From Verrucomicrobiaceae bacterium (GTDB taxonomy: Bacteria > Verrucomicrobiota > Verrucomicrobiia > Verrucomicrobiales > Akkermansiaceae), in assembly GCA_051252135.1 (NCBI GenBank), contig JBPOGH010000004.1, forward strand, positions 64,001 through 128,000: a stretch of 64,000 bases of DNA, read 5' to 3'. A model generated the notes under the pieces. That model ran no database searches. It was given only the letters and a program-made list of their open reading frames with translations, and was not told the origin of the DNA. Positions 9,252-18,529 of the stretch are shown in pieces (positions within the stretch are counted from its first letter, which is position 1; the number at the start of each line of letters is the position of its first letter). The position numbers and the translations under genes are program-made.

Positions 9252-9284
9252 CGTTCGTGTTCAAATCTGATTGTTCAGAGTTCA
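9244..9284. repeat. 7-bp period repeat array, upstream arm (inverted relative to 8971-9019)
   Basis: Minus strand TGAACTC|TGAACAA|TCAGATT|TGAACAC|GAACGA|TGAACTC; the first TGA is the stop of the PSD1 gene and the last unit supplies the TG of the cassette ATG. Confidence 0.8.
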
Positions 9285-11762
9285 ATTCCTCGTAGTGGTT
9301 TCCGAGAGGTTGAGGAGGGCGCGGGCGATGGTGGTCCAGGTGGCGAGTTCTACGTGATCGAGGTCGGCCTGTGGTTTTGTTTGGCCGATGGAGACGAGGG
9401 CGGTGGCGGAGTTGCGGTTCTTTTTAAAGTCGGCGTGGGCGAAGTTGTGGAGTTTGCCAAGGGTTTCGATTTCGGCATCGGTGGCTTCCCGGTTGAGGAC
9501 GATAAAGAAGGCGTAATCGAGGCGGGAGCGGGTTTGGTATTTGCTTTTGTTGATGACCAGTTGGGCGAGGTTGCGGGCGGCCTCGACGAAGGTGGGGTCG
9601 TTGAGGAGGTTCATGGCGGCAACGGGGGTGTTGGAACGGGGGCGCTCGGCGGTGCATTCCTCGCGGCTGGGGGCATCGAAGGCTTTGAGCATGGGGTGGA
9701 GGAATTGGCGCTGCCAGTGGATGTAGAGGCTGCGGCGGTAGATGCGGTTGTCGGTGTCTTGTTTGTATTTTCGGACGGGGAAGTTGAGGTGGCGGTAGTA
9801 GCCGGCGGGTTGGTAGGGTTTGACGGAGGGGCCTCCGATGTCGGTTTTTAAGAGGCCGGACACCGCGAGGGCGTTGTCGCGGATCATCTCGGCGGGGAGG
9901 CGGAAGCGGGACTGGCGGGCGACGAGTTGGTTGTAGGGGTCGCGCTCTCGGTGGAGGGAGTTGGTGATGGAGGACTGGCGGTAGGCGCGGGAGGTGACGA
10001 GTTGTTTGACGAGGTGCTTGATGTCCCAACCGGATTGGTAGAACTCGACGGCGAGGCGATCTAACAGTTCGGGGTTGGCGGGTGGTTGGCCTTGGCCTCC
10101 GAAGTCGCCGAGGGAGCGGGAGATGCCGGTGCCGAAGAAGAGGTAGAAGAGGCGGTTGGCGGTGACGCGGGCGGTGAGTCCGCCGGTGCCGTTTGTGGGG
10201 TCGGTGAGCCAGTTGGCGAGGTCAAGTCGGTTTTGGCGGCCGTCTTTTTTGATCTGGGGCATGAAGTGGGGGACGGCGGGTTGGACGACTTCGCCGGATT
10301 CATCGAGCCAGTTTCCGCGTGGGAAGATGCGGGATTCGCGGGGCGTTTTGAGGGCCATGGTGATCATGGTGCGGCGGGCGGAGGATTCGATTTTTTGGCG
10401 CGCGGCGTCGGTTTTTTTCCACTCGTCGAGTTGGTCGCCGGAGATGAGTTTGGCGAGGGCGGCGTTGGTACGCTGGAGGCCATCGGTCCACTTTTTCTTT
10501 TCCTTGGCGTCTTTGGCTTTTTTGGCGCGGGCGGAGCGGTCGGCGGATTCCTTGATGAGGCGGGCGATCTCGTTGCGTTGGCCTTTTGAGAGTTCGTTGA
10601 GTTGGGTGTTGAGGGTGTCGAGTTGTTGTTTTTGGGCGTCGGAGAAGACGGGAATTTCTGGCGGGCGGTTGGTGGGGAGGGAGTTGGTGCCGGAGGTGAA
10701 GTGCTTTTCGTCATCGATGTCGGCAAAGAAGGCTCCGAGGGTGTGGAAGTCCTTGGCGGTGTAGGGATCGTATTTGTGGTCGTGGCACTGGGCGCAGCCG
10801 ACGGTGGCACCCATCCAGACGGCGGAGACGTTGCGGACGCGGTCGGCCTGGTAGATGGCGCGGTATTCTTTTTTCTGAAGGCCGCCCTCGTGCGTGGTCT
10901 GGAGGAGGCGGTTGTATCCGGTGGCGATGCGCTGGGCTTCGTTGGGGTTTTCGAGGAGGTCGCCGGCGAGTTGTTCGCGGGTGAATTGGTCGAAGGGGAG
11001 GTTTTGATTAAAGGCGTCGATGACGTAGTCGCGGTAGGGGGAGATGTTGTGATCCTGGTCGCCGTGGTAGCCTACGGTGTCGGCATAGCGGACGAGATCG
11101 AGCCAGTAGATGGCCATGCGTTCGCCGAAGTGGGGGGAGGCGAGGAGTCGGTCGACCTCGGTCGTGATGGCGGCTTGCGGGTTGCTTCGGTAGGCGGAAT
11201 CAAAGCGGTGGGTGTCCTCGAAGCCCGGAGGGAGTCCGGTGAGGTCGAAGTGGAGGCGGCGGAGGAGGGTGACGGGGTCGGTGTCAGGCGAGGGTGGCAC
11301 TTTTTCGGCCTCGAGGCGGGCGAGGATGAAGGAGTCGATCCAGTTGACGGGCCAGTCCTTGGTTTGGACATCGGGGGTGGGGTGTTTGACGGGAGATTTG
11401 TAGGTCCAGGGTTCGTCGTACTTGGCGCCCTCGGTGATCCACTGGCGGAGGAGTGCGAGTTCCCCGGGGGTGACTTTTTTATGGGTTTCGGGTGGGGGCA
11501 TGACCTCGTCGGGGTCGGTGGTGAGGATGCGGGCGATGACCGCGGAGGCATCGGGCTTGCCGGGTTCGATGGGGATATCGAATTCGCCGCCTTCGGTTGC
11601 GCCCTCGAAGGAGTCGAGGCGGAGTTCGGCCTCACGGTGATCCTCATCGGGTCCGTGGCAGTGGAAGCACTTGTCCGAGAGGATGGGGCGGATGTCGCGG
11701 TTGAAGTCGACCTCTCCGGGCAGCGGAGTTGAGAGGAGAAGAATGAGGGCGAGTGACTTCAT
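9282..11762 (-). CDS. PSD1/planctomycete cytochrome c + DUF1549 + DUF1553 protein
   Basis: VDFNRDIRPILSDKCFHCHG; LLRRLHFDLTGLPP; WLDLVRYADT; CAQCHDHKYDP; RLPAEMIRDNALAVSG; signal peptide from ATG 11762. Confidence 0.9.
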   Translation of the reverse strand: MKSLALILLLSTPLPGEVDFNRDIRPILSDKCFHCHGPDEDHREAELRLDSFEGATEGGEFDIPIEPGKPDASAVIARILTTDPDEVMPPPETHKKVTPGELALLRQWITEGAKYDEPWTYKSPVKHPTPDVQTKDWPVNWIDSFILARLEAEKVPPSPDTDPVTLLRRLHFDLTGLPPGFEDTHRFDSAYRSNPQAAITTEVDRLLASPHFGERMAIYWLDLVRYADTVGYHGDQDHNISPYRDYVIDAFNQNLPFDQFTREQLAGDLLENPNEAQRIATGYNRLLQTTHEGGLQKKEYRAIYQADRVRNVSAVWMGATVGCAQCHDHKYDPYTAKDFHTLGAFFADIDDEKHFTSGTNSLPTNRPPEIPVFSDAQKQQLDTLNTQLNELSKGQRNEIARLIKESADRSARAKKAKDAKEKKKWTDGLQRTNAALAKLISGDQLDEWKKTDAARQKIESSARRTMITMALKTPRESRIFPRGNWLDESGEVVQPAVPHFMPQIKKDGRQNRLDLANWLTDPTNGTGGLTARVTANRLFYLFFGTGISRSLGDFGGQGQPPANPELLDRLAVEFYQSGWDIKHLVKQLVTSRAYRQSSITNSLHRERDPYNQLVARQSRFRLPAEMIRDNALAVSGLLKTDIGGPSVKPYQPAGYYRHLNFPVRKYKQDTDNRIYRRSLYIHWQRQFLHPMLKAFDAPSREECTAERPRSNTPVAAMNLLNDPTFVEAARNLAQLVINKSKYQTRSRLDYAFFIVLNREATDAEIETLGKLHNFAHADFKKNRNSATALVSIGQTKPQADLDHVELATWTTIARALLNLSETTTRN

Positions 11763-11850
11763 TGGGAGAAGTGTGACAAATTTGGGAAGGGATGACAGGG
11801 GGAAAACTTGTCGGGGTGGAGGAGGCGCGGGATGTGGAGTATCAGGCATG

Positions 11851-11882
11851 AAAAAACGCGCGCCGTTTCCGGTGCGCGTTTT
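11851..11882 (-). terminator. Intrinsic terminator of the heme/propeller gene
   Basis: AAAACGCGCGCCG-TTTC-CGGTGCGCGTTTT hairpin with A6 on + (U-tract on -). Confidence 0.65.
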
Positions 11883-11906
11883 GGAAAGATGGGGAAGAAT
11901 GTTTCC

Positions 11907-14900
11907 TTATTTGGAGGCCTTCATGCGAAGGGAGCCGAGGACGGTGAGTCCGGCGATGACGATGAAGGCGAGGATGCCCCAGGTGGAGGCGCCGAGTCCG
12001 CTGGAGGGGATTTCGGCGAGGGTGGGAGCGGAGCCATCAGCGGCGACTTCAGCGACGGCGACCTTTGGTTGAATGAGGTCGGCGACGGTGAGGGCGGGTT
12101 TCCCGATTTCACCGCGATGGGGGGTGACCATCTCGGGGGTGACGGCGGAGGCTGAGTTCCCGAAGGAGTTCCGGATGTAGGTGAGGACGGAGGCGACGTT
12201 TTCATCCGACTGTCCGGCGCCCATGGCGACCATGGGGGCGGGGAAGGTGTAGTCCTGTCCATTGACGGTGATGGGTCCGGAGAGTCCGCGGAACTGGATG
12301 CGGACGAGGTTTTCCACGGGGCCGGTGACCCACTCGGAGTTGGCGAGGGGAGGTCCGAGGTTTGGTGCTCCTTCTCCGTTTTGACCGTGGCAGGCCATGC
12401 ACATCACGTATTGTGCTTTTCCGGCTTCCATGACGGCGGGGTCGATTGCGTTTTCTGTGCTCACGGTTTTCTCTGTAGGTTGTGGTGATGGTGCGGGCTT
12501 GGCGACCTCGAGGACGAGGGGCTTCGCTTCGTATGCAGGAGATGTTTCACCGGATTCTTTGGTGAGAGTCAAGAGCCACGCGATGACATCACGCACTTCT
12601 GCGGGTTGGAGAATGGCTCCCATGGGGGGCATGGAGGAGGGGAGGGTGGTGATTTTGGCGATGTCCTTGCGGGAAATTTTCCAGATGTCGTCGTTTTCCC
12701 TGAGGTCAATGGAGTCGTCCGATTCGCGGAGGATCATGCCGGTTTTTTCCTGATCGTTGTTGAGTTTGACGGAGGCGAGGCCGAATCCGGAGGCGATTTT
12801 GGCGCTGGGATCGATCATGGATTCGAGGAGTCCTTTGGCGTTGTGCCGGAGGGCGGCGCCCATGAGGTTGGGGCCGGCTTCTCCGCCCTCGGTGTGTCCG
12901 CCCTCGTGACGGTGGCAGCGCATGCATTGGGCGGCTCCGTGGGACTGGAAGATTTTGAAGCCGTTGTCGGCATTTCCACCGGCGAGGGTGGGGGCCCAGA
13001 CCTGGTAGATGTCGTTTTGGTCGATGCTTTCCCGGTAGGCGTCGAGCATTTGGACGATGGCGGGCTCGGTGCGTTTTTCGGCGGCGGTGAGGAGTTCGAG
13101 GGTGGATGCGGGGTCGCCTTTTCCGGAGGCGAGCTCGGTGAGGCCGTCACGGATGAGGGGGACGGCGAATTCTCCGGGGAGGTCACCGGCGATGGTCCAG
13201 GCGGTCTGGCGGCGGGTGGTGGATTTGGAGGTGAGGGCGCCCTTGAGGGCGGCGACGTTGGCGGCGGGGTCACGTTCAGCAGCGAGCTTGAGGGCGGCGG
13301 TGGCGAGGACGTCGTCCTTTGACTGGGCGACCTCGGTGAGGAGTTCGCCGGCGTTTTCGGGATCGCTGGCGAGGAAGAGCTTGAGTGCTTCGGCGCGGTT
13401 GTTTCCGTCGAGTTTTTCATCACGGATGATGAGGGTGAGGGAGCCTGAGTCGAGGGCGTCGAGGGCGAGGCCGTATTGGAGGGCGAGGCTCATGGCCTTG
13501 CTTTTGATGGCGGTCTCGGCGTTGAGGAGGGGGGTGATGTGCCTGGCAAGGGCGGCTTTGGTTTCCCCGAGGTCGCGCTTGGGGAGGGGCATGTGTTTGC
13601 CGGTCGATTGGTCGACGACGTGGGGGGTGGCCCAGATGGAGAGGAGGCGGAGGACTTCGAGGCGCTCGTTGATATCGAGCTTGTCGTTTTGGGCGACCTT
13701 GATGAGGCGCTCCATGTTTTTCTCCCCACCGAGGCGGAAGCCTGAGTGGATGAGGCGGCGGAGCATCATGCGGGTGAGGTCACGGCCGGTGCCGCCGGGG
13801 GCGTAGTCATCGAGAAGAGAGGTGAGGGCGGGGCGGACGTTTTCCATGTAGGTGTCATGGATGGCGCGGATGACCTCGTCGGCGACCCTGGGATCGGAGT
13901 CGGTGAGGAATTGGACGAGTTGGTCATCGCGGAGGCGGCGGAGGGCGACGACGGCGGCGAGGCGGACGGCGGGGCTGGCGTGGGTGCGGAGTTGGGCGAT
14001 GTCGCTGGGTGAGCAGCTGATGAGGCCCATGATGGCGGCGTGGCGCAGGTAGGGGTCCTCGTTGTTGTTCTTATCGAGGATGGCGATGAGGGGGGCGACG
14101 GCCTCGGGGTGTGGGCGGCGGGAGAGGGCGAGGGCGGCGAGGGCCTGGACGCGGGTTGAGGGATCGGTGAGAAGGGCGACGAGGGCGATGGGGTCGTCGA
14201 GGGGGGCTTCTCCGAGGGCTTGGGCGGCCTGTCCGCGGACGAGGTCCGATTTGTCGGTGAGGAGGCGGAGGAGGATGCTGGTGGCGACCTTGTTGTTGTC
14301 TTTACGGGCGACCATTCCGAGACCCCAGACGCCGTGGAGGCGTTCGAGGTCGTTCTGGGTTTGGTTGCTGGCGGCGGTGAAGAGGGGGACGGCGTTTGGT
14401 TTGCCGGCGAGGTGGTATTGGGCGCGGAGGCGGACGCGGAGGTCGGGGTGGCGGAGGAGGTCGGCGAGGGATTGCTCGTCGAGTTTATCGAAGCCTTCTT
14501 TAAAAAGCTTCACGACCCCGGCGACGGTGGGGTCTTCACTGACGCCGGGTTGGGTCATGGTGTAGATGCGGCCAGCGTCATGGGACTGCCATCCGGTGAT
14601 GAAGTCGGAGACGTAGAGTTTGCCATCGTATCCCCATTCGAGGTCGGTGACGGCGGTTCCCCAGCTGAATTTTCCGGAGGTGCCGAGCTTGAAGGAGGCT
14701 CCGTCCGGAGCGAGGGAGAAGTTCCAGATGCCGGAGGGAGCTGGTCCACCGCGGTAGTCGCAAATGAGGAATTGGCCTTCGCAGCCGAGCTGGTAACCGG
14801 TGCCGGGGTGGAAGGCGAGGCCGGAGGGTCCGGAGGTGAGGTTGGCGGCGGGGGGGAGGATGTAGGCGGGTTGGGTGTCGTTGTAGGGTTCCCACATTTT

Positions 14901-16361
14901 TTCCTGCATCCAGCGGTTGACGGGGCGCTCGGGGATGCCGGCGGTGGTGTGGAAGGAGTGGAGGACCTGGTGGCCCATGCGCCAGCCGGAGTCGGCGCCA
15001 TCGGTGATGATGACGACGCGGGCGCGGTCTCCCTGGTCGGAGTTGTTATCGACGGAGACGGCGGTGCCGTATTGGTCGAAGGCGATTTCCTTGGGGTTGC
15101 GGAGTCCGGTGTGGATGACTTCGAAATTGGAGCCATCGGGGTCGAAGCGGAAGATGGCGCCTTGTCCGGGGAAGCTGTAGGATTTTCCTTCTTTGGTGGT
15201 GAAGCTGAAGCCGCGGTCTCCGATGGTGGAGTAGATGCGTCCGTCGGGTCCGAGGGCGAAGCCGTTGAGGTCATGACCGGAGAAGGAGACGCGGACGCCC
15301 ATGCCATCCTGAATGACGGTGCGGGAGTCGGCTACGAGGTCGCCATTTTCGTCACGGAGGGACCAGATTTTAGGGATGCAGGCGAAGTAGATTTCGCCCT
15401 CGAAGGCCATGACGCCGGCGGCGGTGCCATCGAGGAGGTCGTTGAATCCTTCGGCGAAGATTTTGGTTTCGTCGGCGACGCCATCGCCATCGGTGTCGAT
15501 GAGGACGCGGATTTTTTCGGAGACGGAGGTGAGTTTTTCGAGGGGGAGTTTTTCCTGCCACTTCTTGTGCATGGCGACGCGGTCGTCGGTGGTCATGGCC
15601 GAGATGTCATCCATGAGCCAGTAGAGGTGGTTGCGGTTGTCCTCGACGCCGAAGCGGAAGCGGTGTGTTTCGGCGGCGTAGACGCGGCCTTGTTCATCGA
15701 TGGTGAGGGCGGTGGGTGAGTAGAGGCCGGTGTCTTTGTTTTCGGCGAAGATGGTGACCTCGGTTCCCTGGGGGACGGTGAGTCCGGGGATGACGTCGGT
15801 GGCGACGAGCTCGCCGGTGTAGGTTTTGCCTCCCTTGGTGGTGTCGGGGAATTTGGGGTTGGGGTAGTCGGTGAAGATGAAGTGGTCGGCGTTGATGATG
15901 CCCCAGGCTTCGCGGTGGTCGTCCTTGATGCGGATTTGGGCTTTTTTGCCTTTGTGGTCGGCGAGGTTCCAGACGACGGGTCGCATGACGAGGTCGTTTT
16001 GGCCGGAGTTTTGCATGGCGACCTTTCCATCGAGGAGAAGCTGGACGGTGGTTTTACCGGGATGCTGGCCTCCGGAGACGAGGAAGGCGAGGTAGGGCAG
16101 GTCGATGGTGAACCCGGGGGAGGTGAGGGTGCCGACGGAGGCGTCGCCCTGGTGTGCGGAGCTGACGTAGTAGTCGTTGGCGTAATTTTGGACCTTGCCA
16201 TTGAGGCCATCGGGGCTGGCGGCGGTGGGGGAGAGTCCGAAGGCGGAGCCCTCGACTTTCCATTCGCCGAAGCCATCGGACTCGAAGGCCTCGAAGAGGA
16301 CGTCCTTGGCGTGCAGGGAGGTGGCGAGGAGGAGGGGAAGAAGGAAGCGAGTGAAAGCCAT
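11907..16361 (-). CDS. PVC-type membrane-bound dehydrogenase-domain protein: beta-propeller, HEAT repeats, two c-type heme domains, C-terminal TM
   Basis: DTDGDGVAD, HDLNGFALGPDGRIY, GLRNPKEIAFD; HEAT repeats; CMRCH..GPNLMG and CMACHG..PPLANSEWV; hydrophobic C-terminus. Confidence 0.85.
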   Translation of the reverse strand: MAFTRFLLPLLLATSLHAKDVLFEAFESDGFGEWKVEGSAFGLSPTAASPDGLNGKVQNYANDYYVSSAHQGDASVGTLTSPGFTIDLPYLAFLVSGGQHPGKTTVQLLLDGKVAMQNSGQNDLVMRPVVWNLADHKGKKAQIRIKDDHREAWGIINADHFIFTDYPNPKFPDTTKGGKTYTGELVATDVIPGLTVPQGTEVTIFAENKDTGLYSPTALTIDEQGRVYAAETHRFRFGVEDNRNHLYWLMDDISAMTTDDRVAMHKKWQEKLPLEKLTSVSEKIRVLIDTDGDGVADETKIFAEGFNDLLDGTAAGVMAFEGEIYFACIPKIWSLRDENGDLVADSRTVIQDGMGVRVSFSGHDLNGFALGPDGRIYSTIGDRGFSFTTKEGKSYSFPGQGAIFRFDPDGSNFEVIHTGLRNPKEIAFDQYGTAVSVDNNSDQGDRARVVIITDGADSGWRMGHQVLHSFHTTAGIPERPVNRWMQEKMWEPYNDTQPAYILPPAANLTSGPSGLAFHPGTGYQLGCEGQFLICDYRGGPAPSGIWNFSLAPDGASFKLGTSGKFSWGTAVTDLEWGYDGKLYVSDFITGWQSHDAGRIYTMTQPGVSEDPTVAGVVKLFKEGFDKLDEQSLADLLRHPDLRVRLRAQYHLAGKPNAVPLFTAASNQTQNDLERLHGVWGLGMVARKDNNKVATSILLRLLTDKSDLVRGQAAQALGEAPLDDPIALVALLTDPSTRVQALAALALSRRPHPEAVAPLIAILDKNNNEDPYLRHAAIMGLISCSPSDIAQLRTHASPAVRLAAVVALRRLRDDQLVQFLTDSDPRVADEVIRAIHDTYMENVRPALTSLLDDYAPGGTGRDLTRMMLRRLIHSGFRLGGEKNMERLIKVAQNDKLDINERLEVLRLLSIWATPHVVDQSTGKHMPLPKRDLGETKAALARHITPLLNAETAIKSKAMSLALQYGLALDALDSGSLTLIIRDEKLDGNNRAEALKLFLASDPENAGELLTEVAQSKDDVLATAALKLAAERDPAANVAALKGALTSKSTTRRQTAWTIAGDLPGEFAVPLIRDGLTELASGKGDPASTLELLTAAEKRTEPAIVQMLDAYRESIDQNDIYQVWAPTLAGGNADNGFKIFQSHGAAQCMRCHRHEGGHTEGGEAGPNLMGAALRHNAKGLLESMIDPSAKIASGFGLASVKLNNDQEKTGMILRESDDSIDLRENDDIWKISRKDIAKITTLPSSMPPMGAILQPAEVRDVIAWLLTLTKESGETSPAYEAKPLVLEVAKPAPSPQPTEKTVSTENAIDPAVMEAGKAQYVMCMACHGQNGEGAPNLGPPLANSEWVTGPVENLVRIQFRGLSGPITVNGQDYTFPAPMVAMGAGQSDENVASVLTYIRNSFGNSASAVTPEMVTPHRGEIGKPALTVADLIQPKVAVAEVAADGSAPTLAEIPSSGLGASTWGILAFIVIAGLTVLGSLRMKASK

Positions 16362-16452
16362 GATGCAAATTAGAGTAATTCGTTATACGAGATGTTGAGG
16401 CTGAATTTACAATTTTTCAGTTCAAACATTTGAAATGAGCGGGAGAGACCGG

Positions 16453-17439
16453 CTACGGGGTGGTGAGCTGATGGAGGACCCGGAGAGTGAGCTTACCCGC
16501 GTTTGCGAGCCCCCGGGCAGAAAGTTGTTCGAGGGTGTCGTTTTTGGTGTGCCAGTATCTCAGGCCCTTGGCGTCCTTCATGTTATTGAAGTCACCGATG
16601 AGGTGGAGGGTGGCGAGGTTTCCCCGGGTGAGGAGGGGGATGTGGTCGTCGATGATGGATTTTGGGGCCATTTGGACGGTGCCATCGTTGAGTTTGAGTG
16701 CTTTGGTGGCGTCGACGGCGTGGGCCTGGAGGGATTTGGTGGAATCGATGCCGATGAGGAGGGGGACGCGGTGGTCACCGACGAGGTCGAGGACGATCCC
16801 GGCGAAGGGTTGGCGTTTCCGGGAGGTGAGGAGGGAGGCGTAGTATCGGGAGCCGTAGAGTCCGTCGCGCTTGGGGTCAATATTGGAGAGGAGGGCTTCT
16901 TCGCCGTCGAAGAAGACGAGTTCGACCTGGGCGGCGGCGGTGGGATTTTGGGAGAGGACGCGGGCCAGTTCGACGAGGACGCCGGTGGAGGAGCCGCTGT
17001 CGTTTGCGCCGAGGAAGGTGATGGAGAGGTAGCGTTTAGTATCGAGGTGGGAGCCGATGACGAAGGGGACGGAGTCGAGCCAATCGGGGGCGGCGTCGGG
17101 CGAGAAGCGGGCGAGGAGGTTGGTGAACTTGAGGGGGCCGATGGGGGTGACGCTGGTGAAATTTTGGCGGGTGGTTTTCCAGCCGAGGGCGCCGAGGGTT
17201 TTTTCGAGGTAGGCGAGGGATTTTTGGTATCCTTCCGACTCGGGCGGACGGGGGCCGTAGGAGGTGAGGGTTTCGATGTGGGCGAGCGCCTTGTCGCCGG
17301 AGAAGTCATCGACGAAGGTGGCGGGGATTTCTGCGGAGGGAGTGACGACCCGGGATTGGGAATCGGGGGCAGGGGTATCCTTTTCGCCGCAGGAGGCGAA
17401 GAGAAGGGAGGCGGTGAGGCAGAGGAGGGAGCGGATCAT
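16453..17439 (-). CDS. M28 family peptidase / glutaminyl cyclase-like lipoprotein
   Basis: Lipobox LFASC; SHLDTK, GANDSGSS, FFDGEE, LYGSR, LDLVG, DDHIP, WHT. Confidence 0.85.
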   Translation of the reverse strand: MIRSLLCLTASLLFASCGEKDTPAPDSQSRVVTPSAEIPATFVDDFSGDKALAHIETLTSYGPRPPESEGYQKSLAYLEKTLGALGWKTTRQNFTSVTPIGPLKFTNLLARFSPDAAPDWLDSVPFVIGSHLDTKRYLSITFLGANDSGSSTGVLVELARVLSQNPTAAAQVELVFFDGEEALLSNIDPKRDGLYGSRYYASLLTSRKRQPFAGIVLDLVGDHRVPLLIGIDSTKSLQAHAVDATKALKLNDGTVQMAPKSIIDDHIPLLTRGNLATLHLIGDFNNMKDAKGLRYWHTKNDTLEQLSARGLANAGKLTLRVLHQLTTP

Positions 17440-17506
17440 GACACCACTAGGTCGTGTGGACAAATTGCTTCACGCTGCGACCAGAGGGGAAAAAACGATT
17501 CATAAA

Positions 17507-18406
17507 TTAATCAACGGGAAGTCCGAGGAGAGTGAGGATGCGTTCGAGGTCATCATTGCCGTAATACTCGACTTCAATTTTCCCTTTTTTGTCACCGTGG
17601 TGGATGTGGACGTGGGTGGAAAAGCGCTCGCGAAGTTTGTTTTGGAGGGCGATGAGGTGGGGATCGCGGAGTTCCTCGGGGCCGCTGGAGTTTGAAGAAG
17701 TTTTGCGTTTGGTGGGCTTGTTGAAGTCCTGAACGAACTTTTCGGCGGCCCGGACGGTCATGTTTTTGCGAAGGATGTGATCGGCGGCAGCGATTTGTTC
17801 CTTGGCGTCCTTGATACCGAGGATGGCCTTGGCGTGGCCGACGGTGAGGAGGCCATCGGCGACGTGGCGCTGGATGGGTTCCTGAAGGTCGAGGAGGCGC
17901 ATGGCGTTGGCGACGCTGGCACGGGACTTGCCGACGCGCTGGGCGATCTCGTCCTGCTTCATGGAGAATTCTTTGGCGAGCTTGACGTAACCGGCGGCTT
18001 CCTCGATGGCGTCGAGGTCCTGGCGCTGGAGGTTCTCGATGAGGGCCATCTCGAGGACTTCCTGATCGGTGGCTTCCCGCTCGATGACGGGGACGGTGGC
18101 GAGTCCGAGTGCCTCGGAGGCCCGCCAGCGGCGTTCACCGGCGATGAGTTCGAGTTTTCCGTTGATCGGGCGGACGATGAGGGGCTGGATGATGCCGTGC
18201 TCCTTGATGGACTGCATGAGTTCATCGAGTTGGCCTTCGGCAAAACGCTTGCGCGGCTGAAGCGGGGAGGGGGCGACGCGGGCGAGTTCGACTTTCTGAA
18301 CACGCTCTCCGGGGAGGAGATCGACCTTGGTGTCGGGTGCTGCCGCGGGAGTGGAGGTGTTTTTGATGAGCGCTCCCAATCCTTTTCCTAGTGCCTTCTT
18401 TGCCAT
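17507..18406 (-). CDS. parB: Chromosome partitioning protein ParB/Spo0J
   Basis: KKALGKGLGALI; QPRK; GIIQPL; IAGERRWRA; ALIENLQRQDL; HTH GKSRASVANAMRLL; GHAKAIL. Confidence 0.95.
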   Translation of the reverse strand: MAKKALGKGLGALIKNTSTPAAAPDTKVDLLPGERVQKVELARVAPSPLQPRKRFAEGQLDELMQSIKEHGIIQPLIVRPINGKLELIAGERRWRASEALGLATVPVIEREATDQEVLEMALIENLQRQDLDAIEEAAGYVKLAKEFSMKQDEIAQRVGKSRASVANAMRLLDLQEPIQRHVADGLLTVGHAKAILGIKDAKEQIAAADHILRKNMTVRAAEKFVQDFNKPTKRKTSSNSSGPEELRDPHLIALQNKLRERFSTHVHIHHGDKKGKIEVEYYGNDDLERILTLLGLPVD

Positions 18407-18529
18407 ACCGATCGAAGGTTTACTGAGGGTTCTCCGGAAATGCAAAGCCAGATTGCTTCCTTAACGATTCAAAATCATCAAGGGGTCCGCGGGCTTGACG
18501 GCCCGTAAGGCAACCGCCATAGGAGAACG

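Noticed and set aside
8992..9277. TGTTC/GAACA half-sites as LexA boxes or CRISPR repeats
   Set aside because: No TGTTC-N4-GAACA pairing and no spacers; explained by the 7-bp periodic arrays
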